A DNA stretch of 61,618 nt, taken from the IMG/VR virus record IMGVR_UViG_3300030331_000798, positions 1 through 61,618 of that record. The stretch is one strand, 5' to 3'. The notes beneath the pieces are model-generated. The model did no database searches. It was not told the DNA's origin and saw only the letters and a list, made by a program, of their open reading frames with translations. The first letter of the stretch is position 1; every line of letters begins with the position of its first letter. Position numbers and translations under genes: made by a program. Positions 53,881 to 61,618 of the stretch are shown here, in pieces. The stretch is from a virus. Taxonomy: Duplodnaviria; Caudoviricetes.

Positions 53881-54562
53881 CTACCTTCCAAACATTTAAA
53901 TTTGCAGCGACTGTGCGCCGTTCTCCATCACCCTCAAAGGGGTAAACCATGTGTGTCAACCAGCTAGGAAACATCAACATTTTTCCAACTTCTGGCTTAA
54001 TTACAAAACTTTGTGGGGGAGCTAAACGCTCTACATCTAACAAGCTATTACGACCATAACTAAACGCAAGGCAACCATCTGAGTTACCGCTTGAATTGTA
54101 TAAACTGTACTCTGGGCTTCCTGCCGTAGGTTGATCTAAGATTTGTTGTGGTACTCTTGTCCATGTTGTGCAGGAGACTCCCATAATAGTTTTAGTACCA
54201 TGATCGTGTATGGGATTATAATCGCCAGCGTAAGAATGAACAGACCAAAGCTCATCAGTAAGTACCTCTCTTTTACCTTTTAGTGGGTTTCCAGAATGAG
54301 CGCAGAACTGCTTGACGTAATCCATTGCCAAGCCCTGAATTGTCCAATTAAAGTCCTTTAGCTCTTCACATTCGTGATCCATCGTAAGCTGTTGGCCGTG
54401 GGATATCTGCCCTACTAATGTACCCGCATGACTTTTGCGTTCCTGATCTACTATTAACTTATCAAGGTAATCATTAAGCGTACCTACCATATTTTCAGAT
54501 AGCTGCGCCTCCAGCATAAACACCGCTGGCAACGAATGAAACGTATAATGTTGCTGTTCCAT
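53834..54562 (-). CDS. 2OG-Fe(II) oxygenase-family protein
   Basis: YNPIHDH, LMFPSWLTHMVYPF, ERRTVAAN. Confidence 0.85.
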   Translation of the reverse strand: MEQQHYTFHSLPAVFMLEAQLSENMVGTLNDYLDKLIVDQERKSHAGTLVGQISHGQQLTMDHECEELKDFNWTIQGLAMDYVKQFCAHSGNPLKGKREVLTDELWSVHSYAGDYNPIHDHGTKTIMGVSCTTWTRVPQQILDQPTAGSPEYSLYNSSGNSDGCLAFSYGRNSLLDVERLAPPQSFVIKPEVGKMLMFPSWLTHMVYPFEGDGERRTVAANLNVWKVDDDGTRHSNGSYRGN

Positions 54563-54900
54563 TAGCTAGGAATTACAAAGTCGTTATTAGGGACAGGCTC
54601 TTTAACAGGGTTAGTAATCACAGAGTCATATTGACTTGCAAATACTTCATCCCACTTAGCAGTTGGGCAAAGATCTTCAAGCTCTTTTTTAGTCCAATCA
54701 CCTTCAGCTTTTGGGGTGAAATTATTAATAGTTTCATCACCTTTCTTTTCAACAGCATCAAGCCCTATTCTTCTTTCATTAGTGTAATAGTCAGCTTGTC
54801 CTTCTGTTCCTTGCTCGTATTTCATAACAAGATTCCATCGGGTTACTTTACCGTCTTCCGAAGAGGGTGTTGCCTCAATTAAAGTTCTTTTAATTGCCAT
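54562..54900 (-). CDS. Tail fibre-associated hypothetical protein
   Basis: 112 aa directly after the fibre gene. Confidence 0.55.
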   Translation of the reverse strand: MAIKRTLIEATPSSEDGKVTRWNLVMKYEQGTEGQADYYTNERRIGLDAVEKKGDETINNFTPKAEGDWTKKELEDLCPTAKWDEVFASQYDSVITNPVKEPVPNNDFVIPS

Positions 54901-54901
54901 T

Positions 54902-57541
54902 TTATGCTCCTTTGAGTTTTTCGACTTCAGCCGAAAGTTCTTGAATTGCTTTTACCAATATTGGAATTAATGCTGTTTCTCCAATACGCTGTCTTCCATC
55001 CTCACCGTCTTCAGTCCACATATCGAAACCTTCTTTAAAATCATATCGATCAATCACTTCTTTTACCTCTTGAGCAATAAACCCATGATTATATTTCCCG
55101 TTCATTACACGTTTTTCTGAATCAGGATTATGCGCTTTCATTTCTGAAGGAACGTCTTTGGCTTTTTTCCATTGAAAGGTAACGGGTCTAAGTTCATTAA
55201 CAAACTCTAAACCAATTTCTTCATCTTTAATGTCTTCTTTAAGGCGTATATCAGAAGGAGCAGTCCAAGTAGTCGCGCCATGCACACAGGTGGTGTCACT
55301 AGCATTATTACCAAACGTAAAGTTTTCATTTCCCGCACAACCCACATCATATCCAATCGAGATACAATAAGTGCTATCAGAGGCAGAAGTGTTTGCATAA
55401 GACCCTATCAGTATGTTATTTGCACCTGTAGTTGTATTAACATCGTTTTGGCCCGCAGCGTAACCGATCATTACATTGTTACTTCCAGTGGTCAAAGTTC
55501 CACCTGCGCCAGAACCTATCAAATGATTTTGTGCGCCATTAGTTAAAGCATCTCCAGCAGCATATCCAACTATAGTATTTGAGTTGCCTGTTGTTGCATT
55601 AGAATGAGCAAAGTTTCCGATAGCTACGGTTTCTGTGCAACCTTGTGCCTCATATGAAGCGTTAACACCAACCGCAACATTATTGTTAGCTGTGCAGTCA
55701 TAAAGAGCTTGAATTCCTACAGCAACATTTTGAGTAATACTGCCGCTTACATTTCTAAGCGCGTAATAACCCAGCGCAGTATTGCTATTTCCAGTGGTAA
55801 TATTTTCTCCGGTTTTATAACCCATAAAAACATTGCTGCTTGCAGTAGTTATGCCGATTCCCGCAGAAGCACCTACGGCAACATTTAAAGCACCATCAGT
55901 TACTTCTGCTAACGCTTTAAAACCAACGCCAGTGTTTTCCGTCCCAGTGGTGCATTGAGCTAAAGAATCTTTTCCGATAGCAACATGGTTCCCGCCAGTA
56001 GTTAAAGAGCCACCAGCATCATTACCCACTAATACATTGTTTGACGATGTAGTTACAGCATCCCCAGCACCTTGCCCCACTGCGGTGTTACTGTTTCCAG
56101 TGCTAGATACTTTTAGTGCATTGTGTCCAACAGCAGTGTTGTAACCAGCACCTGTATTAGCTTGAAGCGAGTGGGAGCCTACAGACGTGTTTCCCTCGCC
56201 CGTCTGATTGGCAGAAAGAGCATCGTAGCCAATGGCGGTGTTGTTTGATGCAGTGGTTATAGCATCTCCAGCCGTTGTTCCTACTGCGGTGTTTTCTGTT
56301 CCCGTGGTGTTGGCCCCCAACGCTAGATCGCCCACCGCCACATTGTTAGCCGCTGTAGTGTTGGCTTGTAAAGATCGCGCACCCACCGCAGTATTGTTTG
56401 TTCCAGTGGTGTTCGCTAACATTGAATCTTTACCGATAGCTACATTCGTGTCACCAGTGGTATTTGCCGCTAGAGTATTAGTTCCGACAGCCGTGTTGTT
56501 TGCAGCGGTGGTGTTGGCTTCTAACGCAGAAGTACCTATTGCAACATTTAACGCCCCCGTGGTGTTAGCTGTTAGTGCAAATGCACCTACTCCAATATTG
56601 TAATTTGCTGTTGTATTAGCTTTTAAAGCATCCTTACCAACCGCAACAAGACCAAGCCCAGTGGTGTTGGCCGTTAAAGCGGCATATCCAACCCCTGTGT
56701 TGTTTGAGGCGGTGGTATTGGCTTTTAAAGCGTCCCTACCGACTGCCGTGTTGTTAGCTGCTGTGGTGTTTGCCATTAAAGCCCTAGAACCTACCGCAAC
56801 ATTGTAATTACCAGTAGTGTTGGCTTGTAACGCATAATACCCAAAAGCTTCATTTGCTGCGCCAGTAGTGTTGGTTGAAAGGGCATTGTCACCAACAGCC
56901 GTATTAAAACTTGCGGTGGTGTTAGCATCTAAGGCTTCCGACCCAATGGCTACGTTATTTCCACCAGTTGTTGTCGCACCCCCCGCATTGTCACCAACAA
57001 ACGTGTTGTCAGAGCCACTTGTGAGCGCATCACCAGCATTCTCGCCTATGGCTACATTATCTGTGCCTGTAGTCAGCCCTGTGCCAAACGCACCGCTACC
57101 AAGCCCTACATTGCCTGTGCCGCCTAATACATCAAGTACATCAGTAACTGCTGCACCTGAACCGGCACCATCTGTGGCGATCATGCGAATGCCGCCATTT
57201 GGTATGACGACATTCGCGCCTGTACCTTGTGAAATCGTTACGGTATTGCCAGCAGAGTTTTGAACTACCCATACGTTACTGATAGTGTTAGGAGCAAACG
57301 TCACGGTGCAAGCTTGTGATAAAGAACCCGTAAGTGTTAGTGCTGTAGAACGAAAAGCGTCTGAAGCCCCGTCAGCCATCGTTATGGTGGCGGTAGAGGC
57401 ATCAGATAAAGCTTCCGATCCCGTCCCAAATTTTTCTGCGATCATCTCCAGGTTTAAATTCGTAGTGGTTCCCCACGTTCCTGAGCCGTCTCCTGTCGCC
57501 ATCTCATTTAGGCGAAGATCGTTTACATATGTACTAGCCAT
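54902..57541 (-). CDS. Tail fibre/spike with 14-aa repeats and C-terminal peptidase S74 chaperone
   Basis: Many N[TV]A[VI]GxxALxANTT repeats; SDIRLKEDI...HGFIAQEV...LVKAIQELSAEV. Confidence 0.85.
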   Translation of the reverse strand: MASTYVNDLRLNEMATGDGSGTWGTTTNLNLEMIAEKFGTGSEALSDASTATITMADGASDAFRSTALTLTGSLSQACTVTFAPNTISNVWVVQNSAGNTVTISQGTGANVVIPNGGIRMIATDGAGSGAAVTDVLDVLGGTGNVGLGSGAFGTGLTTGTDNVAIGENAGDALTSGSDNTFVGDNAGGATTTGGNNVAIGSEALDANTTASFNTAVGDNALSTNTTGAANEAFGYYALQANTTGNYNVAVGSRALMANTTAANNTAVGRDALKANTTASNNTGVGYAALTANTTGLGLVAVGKDALKANTTANYNIGVGAFALTANTTGALNVAIGTSALEANTTAANNTAVGTNTLAANTTGDTNVAIGKDSMLANTTGTNNTAVGARSLQANTTAANNVAVGDLALGANTTGTENTAVGTTAGDAITTASNNTAIGYDALSANQTGEGNTSVGSHSLQANTGAGYNTAVGHNALKVSSTGNSNTAVGQGAGDAVTTSSNNVLVGNDAGGSLTTGGNHVAIGKDSLAQCTTGTENTGVGFKALAEVTDGALNVAVGASAGIGITTASSNVFMGYKTGENITTGNSNTALGYYALRNVSGSITQNVAVGIQALYDCTANNNVAVGVNASYEAQGCTETVAIGNFAHSNATTGNSNTIVGYAAGDALTNGAQNHLIGSGAGGTLTTGSNNVMIGYAAGQNDVNTTTGANNILIGSYANTSASDSTYCISIGYDVGCAGNENFTFGNNASDTTCVHGATTWTAPSDIRLKEDIKDEEIGLEFVNELRPVTFQWKKAKDVPSEMKAHNPDSEKRVMNGKYNHGFIAQEVKEVIDRYDFKEGFDMWTEDGEDGRQRIGETALIPILVKAIQELSAEVEKLKGA

Positions 57542-58243
57542 TTATGCTACCTCTTTCCAATCTGGTGTTTGACTATCGTCAATAGTTGACCAATTCGGCG
57601 TCTGGCTGTCATCAATTCCTGACCAATTCGCTGTTTGGCTATCATCGATAAGCCCCCAAACATTAACGCCACTCGTTGTACAGGCCGCTTCCACACCTGT
57701 AACCGAAACATTCGCATCTCCATCAAACGTAACCGTTCCAACAGACCCAGCCATTTCTGGTGAAGAAACTTCAATCGTGTTACTTGTGATCGTGGTGACG
57801 CTTCCAAGCCCTGTTGTTCCTGCCACGCCTGTGACAGAGACTGTCGCCGTGCCTGTAACCGTAAGTGATCCCAGCGAGCCTGTGCCTGATACGCCAGTGA
57901 CCGAAGTGCTTGCGTCAGCCGAGACCGTAACTGACCCAAGTGTTCCCGTGCCTGCAACTCCCGTAGGACTAACAATTGCCGCAGCCGTAACCGTAAGTGA
58001 ACCAAGAGTACCAGTGCCTGATACACCAGATACACTAACACCCGCATCAGCGGATACAGAAACCGACCCGAGATTCCCCGTTCCCGCAACGCCTGTAACT
58101 GAGACATTAGCATCTGCCGTAACCGAGACTGTACCAAGAGTCCCTGTTGCTCCAGGAACTGCTTCGCCATTACCCCACGTTCCTTCGCCCCATCCATGAG
58201 AGGAAGAATTCCATCCATCAAAGGCAACCTTGACATCAGCCAC
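57542..58243 (-). CDS. Virion protein with ~21-aa beta repeats
   Basis: VSVTGVAGTGxLGSVTV repeats and C-terminal IDDSQTxNW repeats. Confidence 0.7.
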   Translation of the reverse strand: MADVKVAFDGWNSSSHGWGEGTWGNGEAVPGATGTLGTVSVTADANVSVTGVAGTGNLGSVSVSADAGVSVSGVSGTGTLGSLTVTAAAIVSPTGVAGTGTLGSVTVSADASTSVTGVSGTGSLGSLTVTGTATVSVTGVAGTTGLGSVTTITSNTIEVSSPEMAGSVGTVTFDGDANVSVTGVEAACTTSGVNVWGLIDDSQTANWSGIDDSQTPNWSTIDDSQTPDWKEVA

Positions 58244-58253
58244 ACACTATATC

Positions 58254-58730
58254 CTATGCGATTCTTATAATCGCGTTAGAAGCGTCTGCTGCTGGAAACT
58301 GAATAGTAAAGTCCCCACTTGTAGATGTCTTATCCGCTCCGAAATCTAATATCGCTACTGCTCTATTAGCTGTTCCTGCGGTAGTTGAGGAGTTATAAAT
58401 TAAACATCCTCTCGCAGTGATCGAGCTACTAGACCAAGTAGTGTCAGCGAAATCAGTCAATGCAGTAGTTCCTGATGTGGTCGGGTCTACATTCGTTAAT
58501 GTATTACCGCCAGCGGTATACCCTGTGCCTGTAGCAGAGACTTCGTTAGTCGTTGCATAAGCCGTAGTAGATGCTGACATAGTTGCACTACTGGTATACA
58601 AAGCAATCTTAAACGTATTGCCCGTACCTGTAGTGGTAGTCGTTCCTCCACCAGAACCGTTATGGAAATTATGTATTCCCTGTAAAAGCTCTGATTTAAA
58701 CGAGGTTGCCATAGCTGTGGTGATAGCCAT
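58254..58730 (-). CDS. Virion structural protein
   Basis: FKIALYTS...GYTAGG...LDFGADKTS. Confidence 0.7.
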   Translation of the reverse strand: MAITTAMATSFKSELLQGIHNFHNGSGGGTTTTTGTGNTFKIALYTSSATMSASTTAYATTNEVSATGTGYTAGGNTLTNVDPTTSGTTALTDFADTTWSSSSITARGCLIYNSSTTAGTANRAVAILDFGADKTSTSGDFTIQFPAADASNAIIRIA

Positions 58731-59020
58731 TATAGTCTCCTTAAAATATCAGCAGTGTCTGACTGACCCTGTTGAATAAACTCATTAATAAGCGTTGTCC
58801 TGTCGCTTTTGATTGCTTGTTTGATTATACCTAATACTACATGATAAATGCGGTTTCTAAACGCTTCTGCCTGTTGTCGCACAACAGGGTCTACAGAAGA
58901 AGAAACACTAACTATTTGTTCCACCGCTCGTTCAGCTAGTTCTTCAGGAGACAATCCTCTGCGTTCTGTTGTTTTAACAACAACGTCTCCTAGGTTTGAT
59001 TCAACAGACATCTTAAACAT
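58730..59020 (-). CDS. Conserved hypothetical protein
   Basis: 96 aa, coupled. Confidence 0.6.
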   Translation of the reverse strand: MFKMSVESNLGDVVVKTTERRGLSPEELAERAVEQIVSVSSSVDPVVRQQAEAFRNRIYHVVLGIIKQAIKSDRTTLINEFIQQGQSDTADILRRL

Positions 59021-59022
59021 AA

Positions 59023-59661
59023 CTAACCCATCCTAGATATATCATAACGATGTTCGTCCCGAATTCCATAACCTTCCCCAAGTTTCTTTAATCCTGCAAT
59101 CGCTTCTTGAAACCTTTGGTCATAATACGGGGTTTCTTCTGGGGTTTTTATAAATGTCGACGCTTCTACTAATGAACCGTATAATAATGCATTTGGAGCG
59201 TTTTCAGAAAGCCATGTTGTTCCGCTATCTGAGCCAGCTGTTAACGACGCCGGTCTGTACTTGTAATGAAGCTCAAAAGTATAATTAGCGTCAGGTGTAG
59301 GAGCCAAAATAAAAGTTGAGCTATCAAATAATCCATAATAGATTGGCGTTCCTGTGGTCGATGCGTTTGGCGTATAGTCTCTAATAAACGAAACGTGCTT
59401 CAAATACAAGTATGTATACACGCTACTAGAGATAACCGCTAAACTCAACGGGGCCAGGAAATCGGTAGGCATAGATAAATAAGTGCTACCTGAAGTAGCC
59501 GTACCTGTTACGTTTTTTCTAAAATCAGGAATCTCAACAGCTTTTAGAATCCTTTCTTCTGCTTCCTGAATAAAAACCGATAAGTTATTATTAAACGTAG
59601 TTTCGCTCGTTTCACAATAATCTTGAATAGCTGTCTTTAGCGTTGCGTAAGTAAAGCTCAT
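59023..59661 (-). CDS. Head-tail adaptor-like protein
   Basis: MSFTYATLKTAIQDY, PTPD, ALLYGSL. Confidence 0.65.
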   Translation of the reverse strand: MSFTYATLKTAIQDYCETSETTFNNNLSVFIQEAEERILKAVEIPDFRKNVTGTATSGSTYLSMPTDFLAPLSLAVISSSVYTYLYLKHVSFIRDYTPNASTTGTPIYYGLFDSSTFILAPTPDANYTFELHYKYRPASLTAGSDSGTTWLSENAPNALLYGSLVEASTFIKTPEETPYYDQRFQEAIAGLKKLGEGYGIRDEHRYDISRMG

Positions 59662-60026
59662 GTAGTCACCACTGTTACTGTGCCAATACTACCCGTAGCC
59701 CCATCTGCTGAAAAGTCTGAGCCAATAGGGTCTACTGTAGTTGCTGGAAGAGCACCTACATTGACTCCAGCAGAAGTAGTAAACGTAGGACTTGTTGTTA
59801 TAATCGCCCCTAACTGAGACTGAGGCAAAGAAACTTCTGGTCTTGGTTGATGTAGGGACTCTGGATCCGTAGGTAGTACTGGGGGATCTAGTTGAGGGTT
59901 CTTTGGTTCATAACACTCTGGACAAACCTTAAAACCAGTCCATTCCATACGAAGCTGTAAGTACTTATAAGCCCAACCGCAACGGTCGCAAATCCCGAGT
60001 GCGTGTTTACCTTGTGCGTAAGCCAT
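59658..60026 (-). CDS. Zinc-finger hypothetical protein
   Basis: CDRC...EWTG..VCPEC. Confidence 0.65.
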   Translation of the reverse strand: MAYAQGKHALGICDRCGWAYKYLQLRMEWTGFKVCPECYEPKNPQLDPPVLPTDPESLHQPRPEVSLPQSQLGAIITTSPTFTTSAGVNVGALPATTVDPIGSDFSADGATGSIGTVTVVTT

Positions 60027-60703
60027 TAAGTAAAGACGGAACTTACTGAGGGGATTAAATGGACAGACGTTCTATCTTCATCGAACCTTAATGCGTTTTG
60101 AAGAGCTTGCTCATACATAGGTTGTAATAAAGCAACTTTGTCTGGGTTCTTTTTAACCGCTAAATAAAAAGCTAATCCCATGGTTAAACAGGGTAGGAAT
60201 CGACTAGGTACGTCGAGATCATTAACAGAAGCTGAAGCATCTTGAATACGCTGCCATCTATAGGAAATAAACTGATCTGTGGAGTTTTCAGGAGCAGGCC
60301 ATAAATATACTTTAGGCGTAACCGTTCGCTCTACATAAAACTGAGTAGGTCTAGCCTTCGTTGTTTTATTAGGAATATTAAAATATTCGTTACGGTCAAT
60401 TCTAGAAATCTGAAAATCAGTTTGAATACCATTAACAGTTCTTCGAATTATTGCGTCTAGTATATCAATGTCGTAAGCATTCAGGTCGTAAGAAGAATCT
60501 CCCTCAGTTAAAGTCTGAGAGACTTCTACAACTTCCCAAAGCTGAACACCTCTGTTAGACCAATCTGCAAACATTAGGTTTAGAGAACGCCTAGCAGTGA
60601 CTGCATCGTAGCCTGTACGAAGTTCGAGTCCTGCTAGTTCGTATGCGTCCTCTATAGCTAACGCTACGTCTAAACTAAAAGTTCTAGTACCTGAAGTAGC
60701 CAT
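60026..60703 (-). CDS. Head-tail adaptor / tail tubular-like protein
   Basis: ARRSLNLMFADWSNRG, RPTQFY, LWPAP, DVPSRF. Confidence 0.65.
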   Translation of the reverse strand: MATSGTRTFSLDVALAIEDAYELAGLELRTGYDAVTARRSLNLMFADWSNRGVQLWEVVEVSQTLTEGDSSYDLNAYDIDILDAIIRRTVNGIQTDFQISRIDRNEYFNIPNKTTKARPTQFYVERTVTPKVYLWPAPENSTDQFISYRWQRIQDASASVNDLDVPSRFLPCLTMGLAFYLAVKKNPDKVALLQPMYEQALQNALRFDEDRTSVHLIPSVSSVFT

Positions 60704-61111
60704 CTATCCGTAATGCTTTAACAAATCAAGAACGATAACATAAGTATCGTTAGCGGCAGCTCCTATAGTAGTTAGAGCAATATCTCCTGTCTTTCCAGTA
60801 CCAGAAGTATTCTGTAATCCACCAAAACCGCTAAAGTCCATATGTCCATTACTTGACTCTGCCAATGCTAATGCGATCGTATTCGTGTCTGCATCCCAAA
60901 GTAATTGCACTTGGGTGAAGCCAGTTATAGAGTGGTGTACTTTATCAATAGTAACACCACTACACGCAGTTCCATCGGCTCTAGCATTCAACGCGCTAAC
61001 ATCAACCTTTGTGACAGCACTTTCACCAGTACTGTCGCTAAGGTTAGTTATCTGGATGACTGCTCTATGCGTACCATCAATAATAGTTGTACTGGTAACT
61101 GCATCTGCCAT
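60704..61111 (-). CDS. Virion structural protein
   Basis: 135 aa, beta-rich; GGAG RBS. Confidence 0.6.
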   Translation of the reverse strand: MADAVTSTTIIDGTHRAVIQITNLSDSTGESAVTKVDVSALNARADGTACSGVTIDKVHHSITGFTQVQLLWDADTNTIALALAESSNGHMDFSGFGGLQNTSGTGKTGDIALTTIGAAANDTYVIVLDLLKHYG

Positions 61112-61128
61112 ATCAATTTACTCCCGTA

Positions 61129-61518
61129 TTAAGCGTCTGCAAACGGAGTAACAAGTGTGCCTGAGCCAAGAGTTATACCCTCTACTGCGTATTTTGCACT
61201 TGCTATAGCGGTTACTCTTATGATGCTTCCTGCAAGACCGCCTTTAGTGCTGCCATTTAGAGTAATCACATCGTTAGAAGCACCTGAGATGAAAGTCTTA
61301 CCTGTGGCGTCATCTACGCCTGTGTAAACTCCACCAACAAATTTGTCAGTACCGTCCGTTACGATGTCCATGTCAGTAGCAGCTGTTACAACTATAAATG
61401 TAAACTGTGCACCTAAATTGGCTGTTTGACTTGGAGAACCTTTATCAGTAGGTTCTGTAACAACAATACTAGGTAGTGTAAAAACACCGTCTGCATCGTT
61501 ACAAAGAAGTGGTCGTCC
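61129..61518 (-). CDS. 3' part of the join-spanning structural protein (start at 117)
   Basis: Open frame continuous from the window start through ...TDMDIVTDGTDKF...TPFADA*. Confidence 0.85.
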   Translation of the reverse strand, partial: GRPLLCNDADGVFTLPSIVVTEPTDKGSPSQTANLGAQFTFIVVTAATDMDIVTDGTDKFVGGVYTGVDDATGKTFISGASNDVITLNGSTKGGLAGSIIRVTAIASAKYAVEGITLGSGTLVTPFADA

Positions 61519-61616
61519 TGCATGATCAGCAACAGTAATTGTTGTATTAGCTGTTAAACTAACAACACCATTGTATCCAGCATTAATAAGACCTGCGAGT
61601 GATCTAACGGGGCCAG
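61519..61616. repeat. Terminal direct overlap, identical to 1-98
   Basis: Exact match; only the penultimate base of the window differs from position 99. Confidence 0.95.
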
Positions 61617-61618
61617 AG

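Noticed and set aside
54902-57541. Diversity-generating retroelement or invertible tail-fibre cassette
   Set aside because: The repeats are protein-level 14-aa units with divergent codons, and no reverse transcriptase or invertase was seen.
57547-58245. 232-aa overlapping ORF in an alternative frame
   Set aside because: Shadow frame of a Val/Thr/Gly/Ser repeat gene; the composition (L/Q/R-rich) is what a frame shift of those codons produces.

Overview
The window appears to be a complete, circularly permuted tailed dsDNA phage genome of about 61.5 kb. Bases 1-98 are repeated at 61519-61616, and one gene is split across that join. No tape measure, sheath or tube gene was recognised and several large internal-virion-type genes are present, so the morphology is probably podovirus-like. 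Spanins point to a Gram-negative host. The gene set (MAINRAQL-type capsid, GroES, PolA, AEP primase, UvrD and SNF2 helicases) resembles marine ~60 kb phages of the HTVC023P/uvMED type, but that assignment is from memory and was not searched. Most genes are on the minus strand: head and packaging (234-16011), small early genes (16.4-26 kb), replication and nucleotide modification (26.4-38.8 kb), and internal virion, lysis and tail genes (38.8-61.5 kb). No integrase, RNA polymerase, tRNA or CRISPR array was recognised. The main highlights are: (1) a compact candidate thymidine-hypermodification operon (SAM methyltransferase, aGPT-Pplase1/HMUDK-helical-like protein, dUMP-type thymidylate synthase homologue, Nmad1-like protein) next to PolA with no visible P-loop 5hmdU kinase; (2) two diverged ~200 bp AT-rich iteron-like elements in inverted orientation bracketing the 21 kb early/replication block; (3) a repeat, palindrome and G-quadruplex island between terS and terL; (4) a recurring hydrophobic-x-x-G-G motif in many otherwise unrelated putative virion proteins; (5) several candidate structured RNAs. 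All family calls come from visual motif recognition, not database searches.
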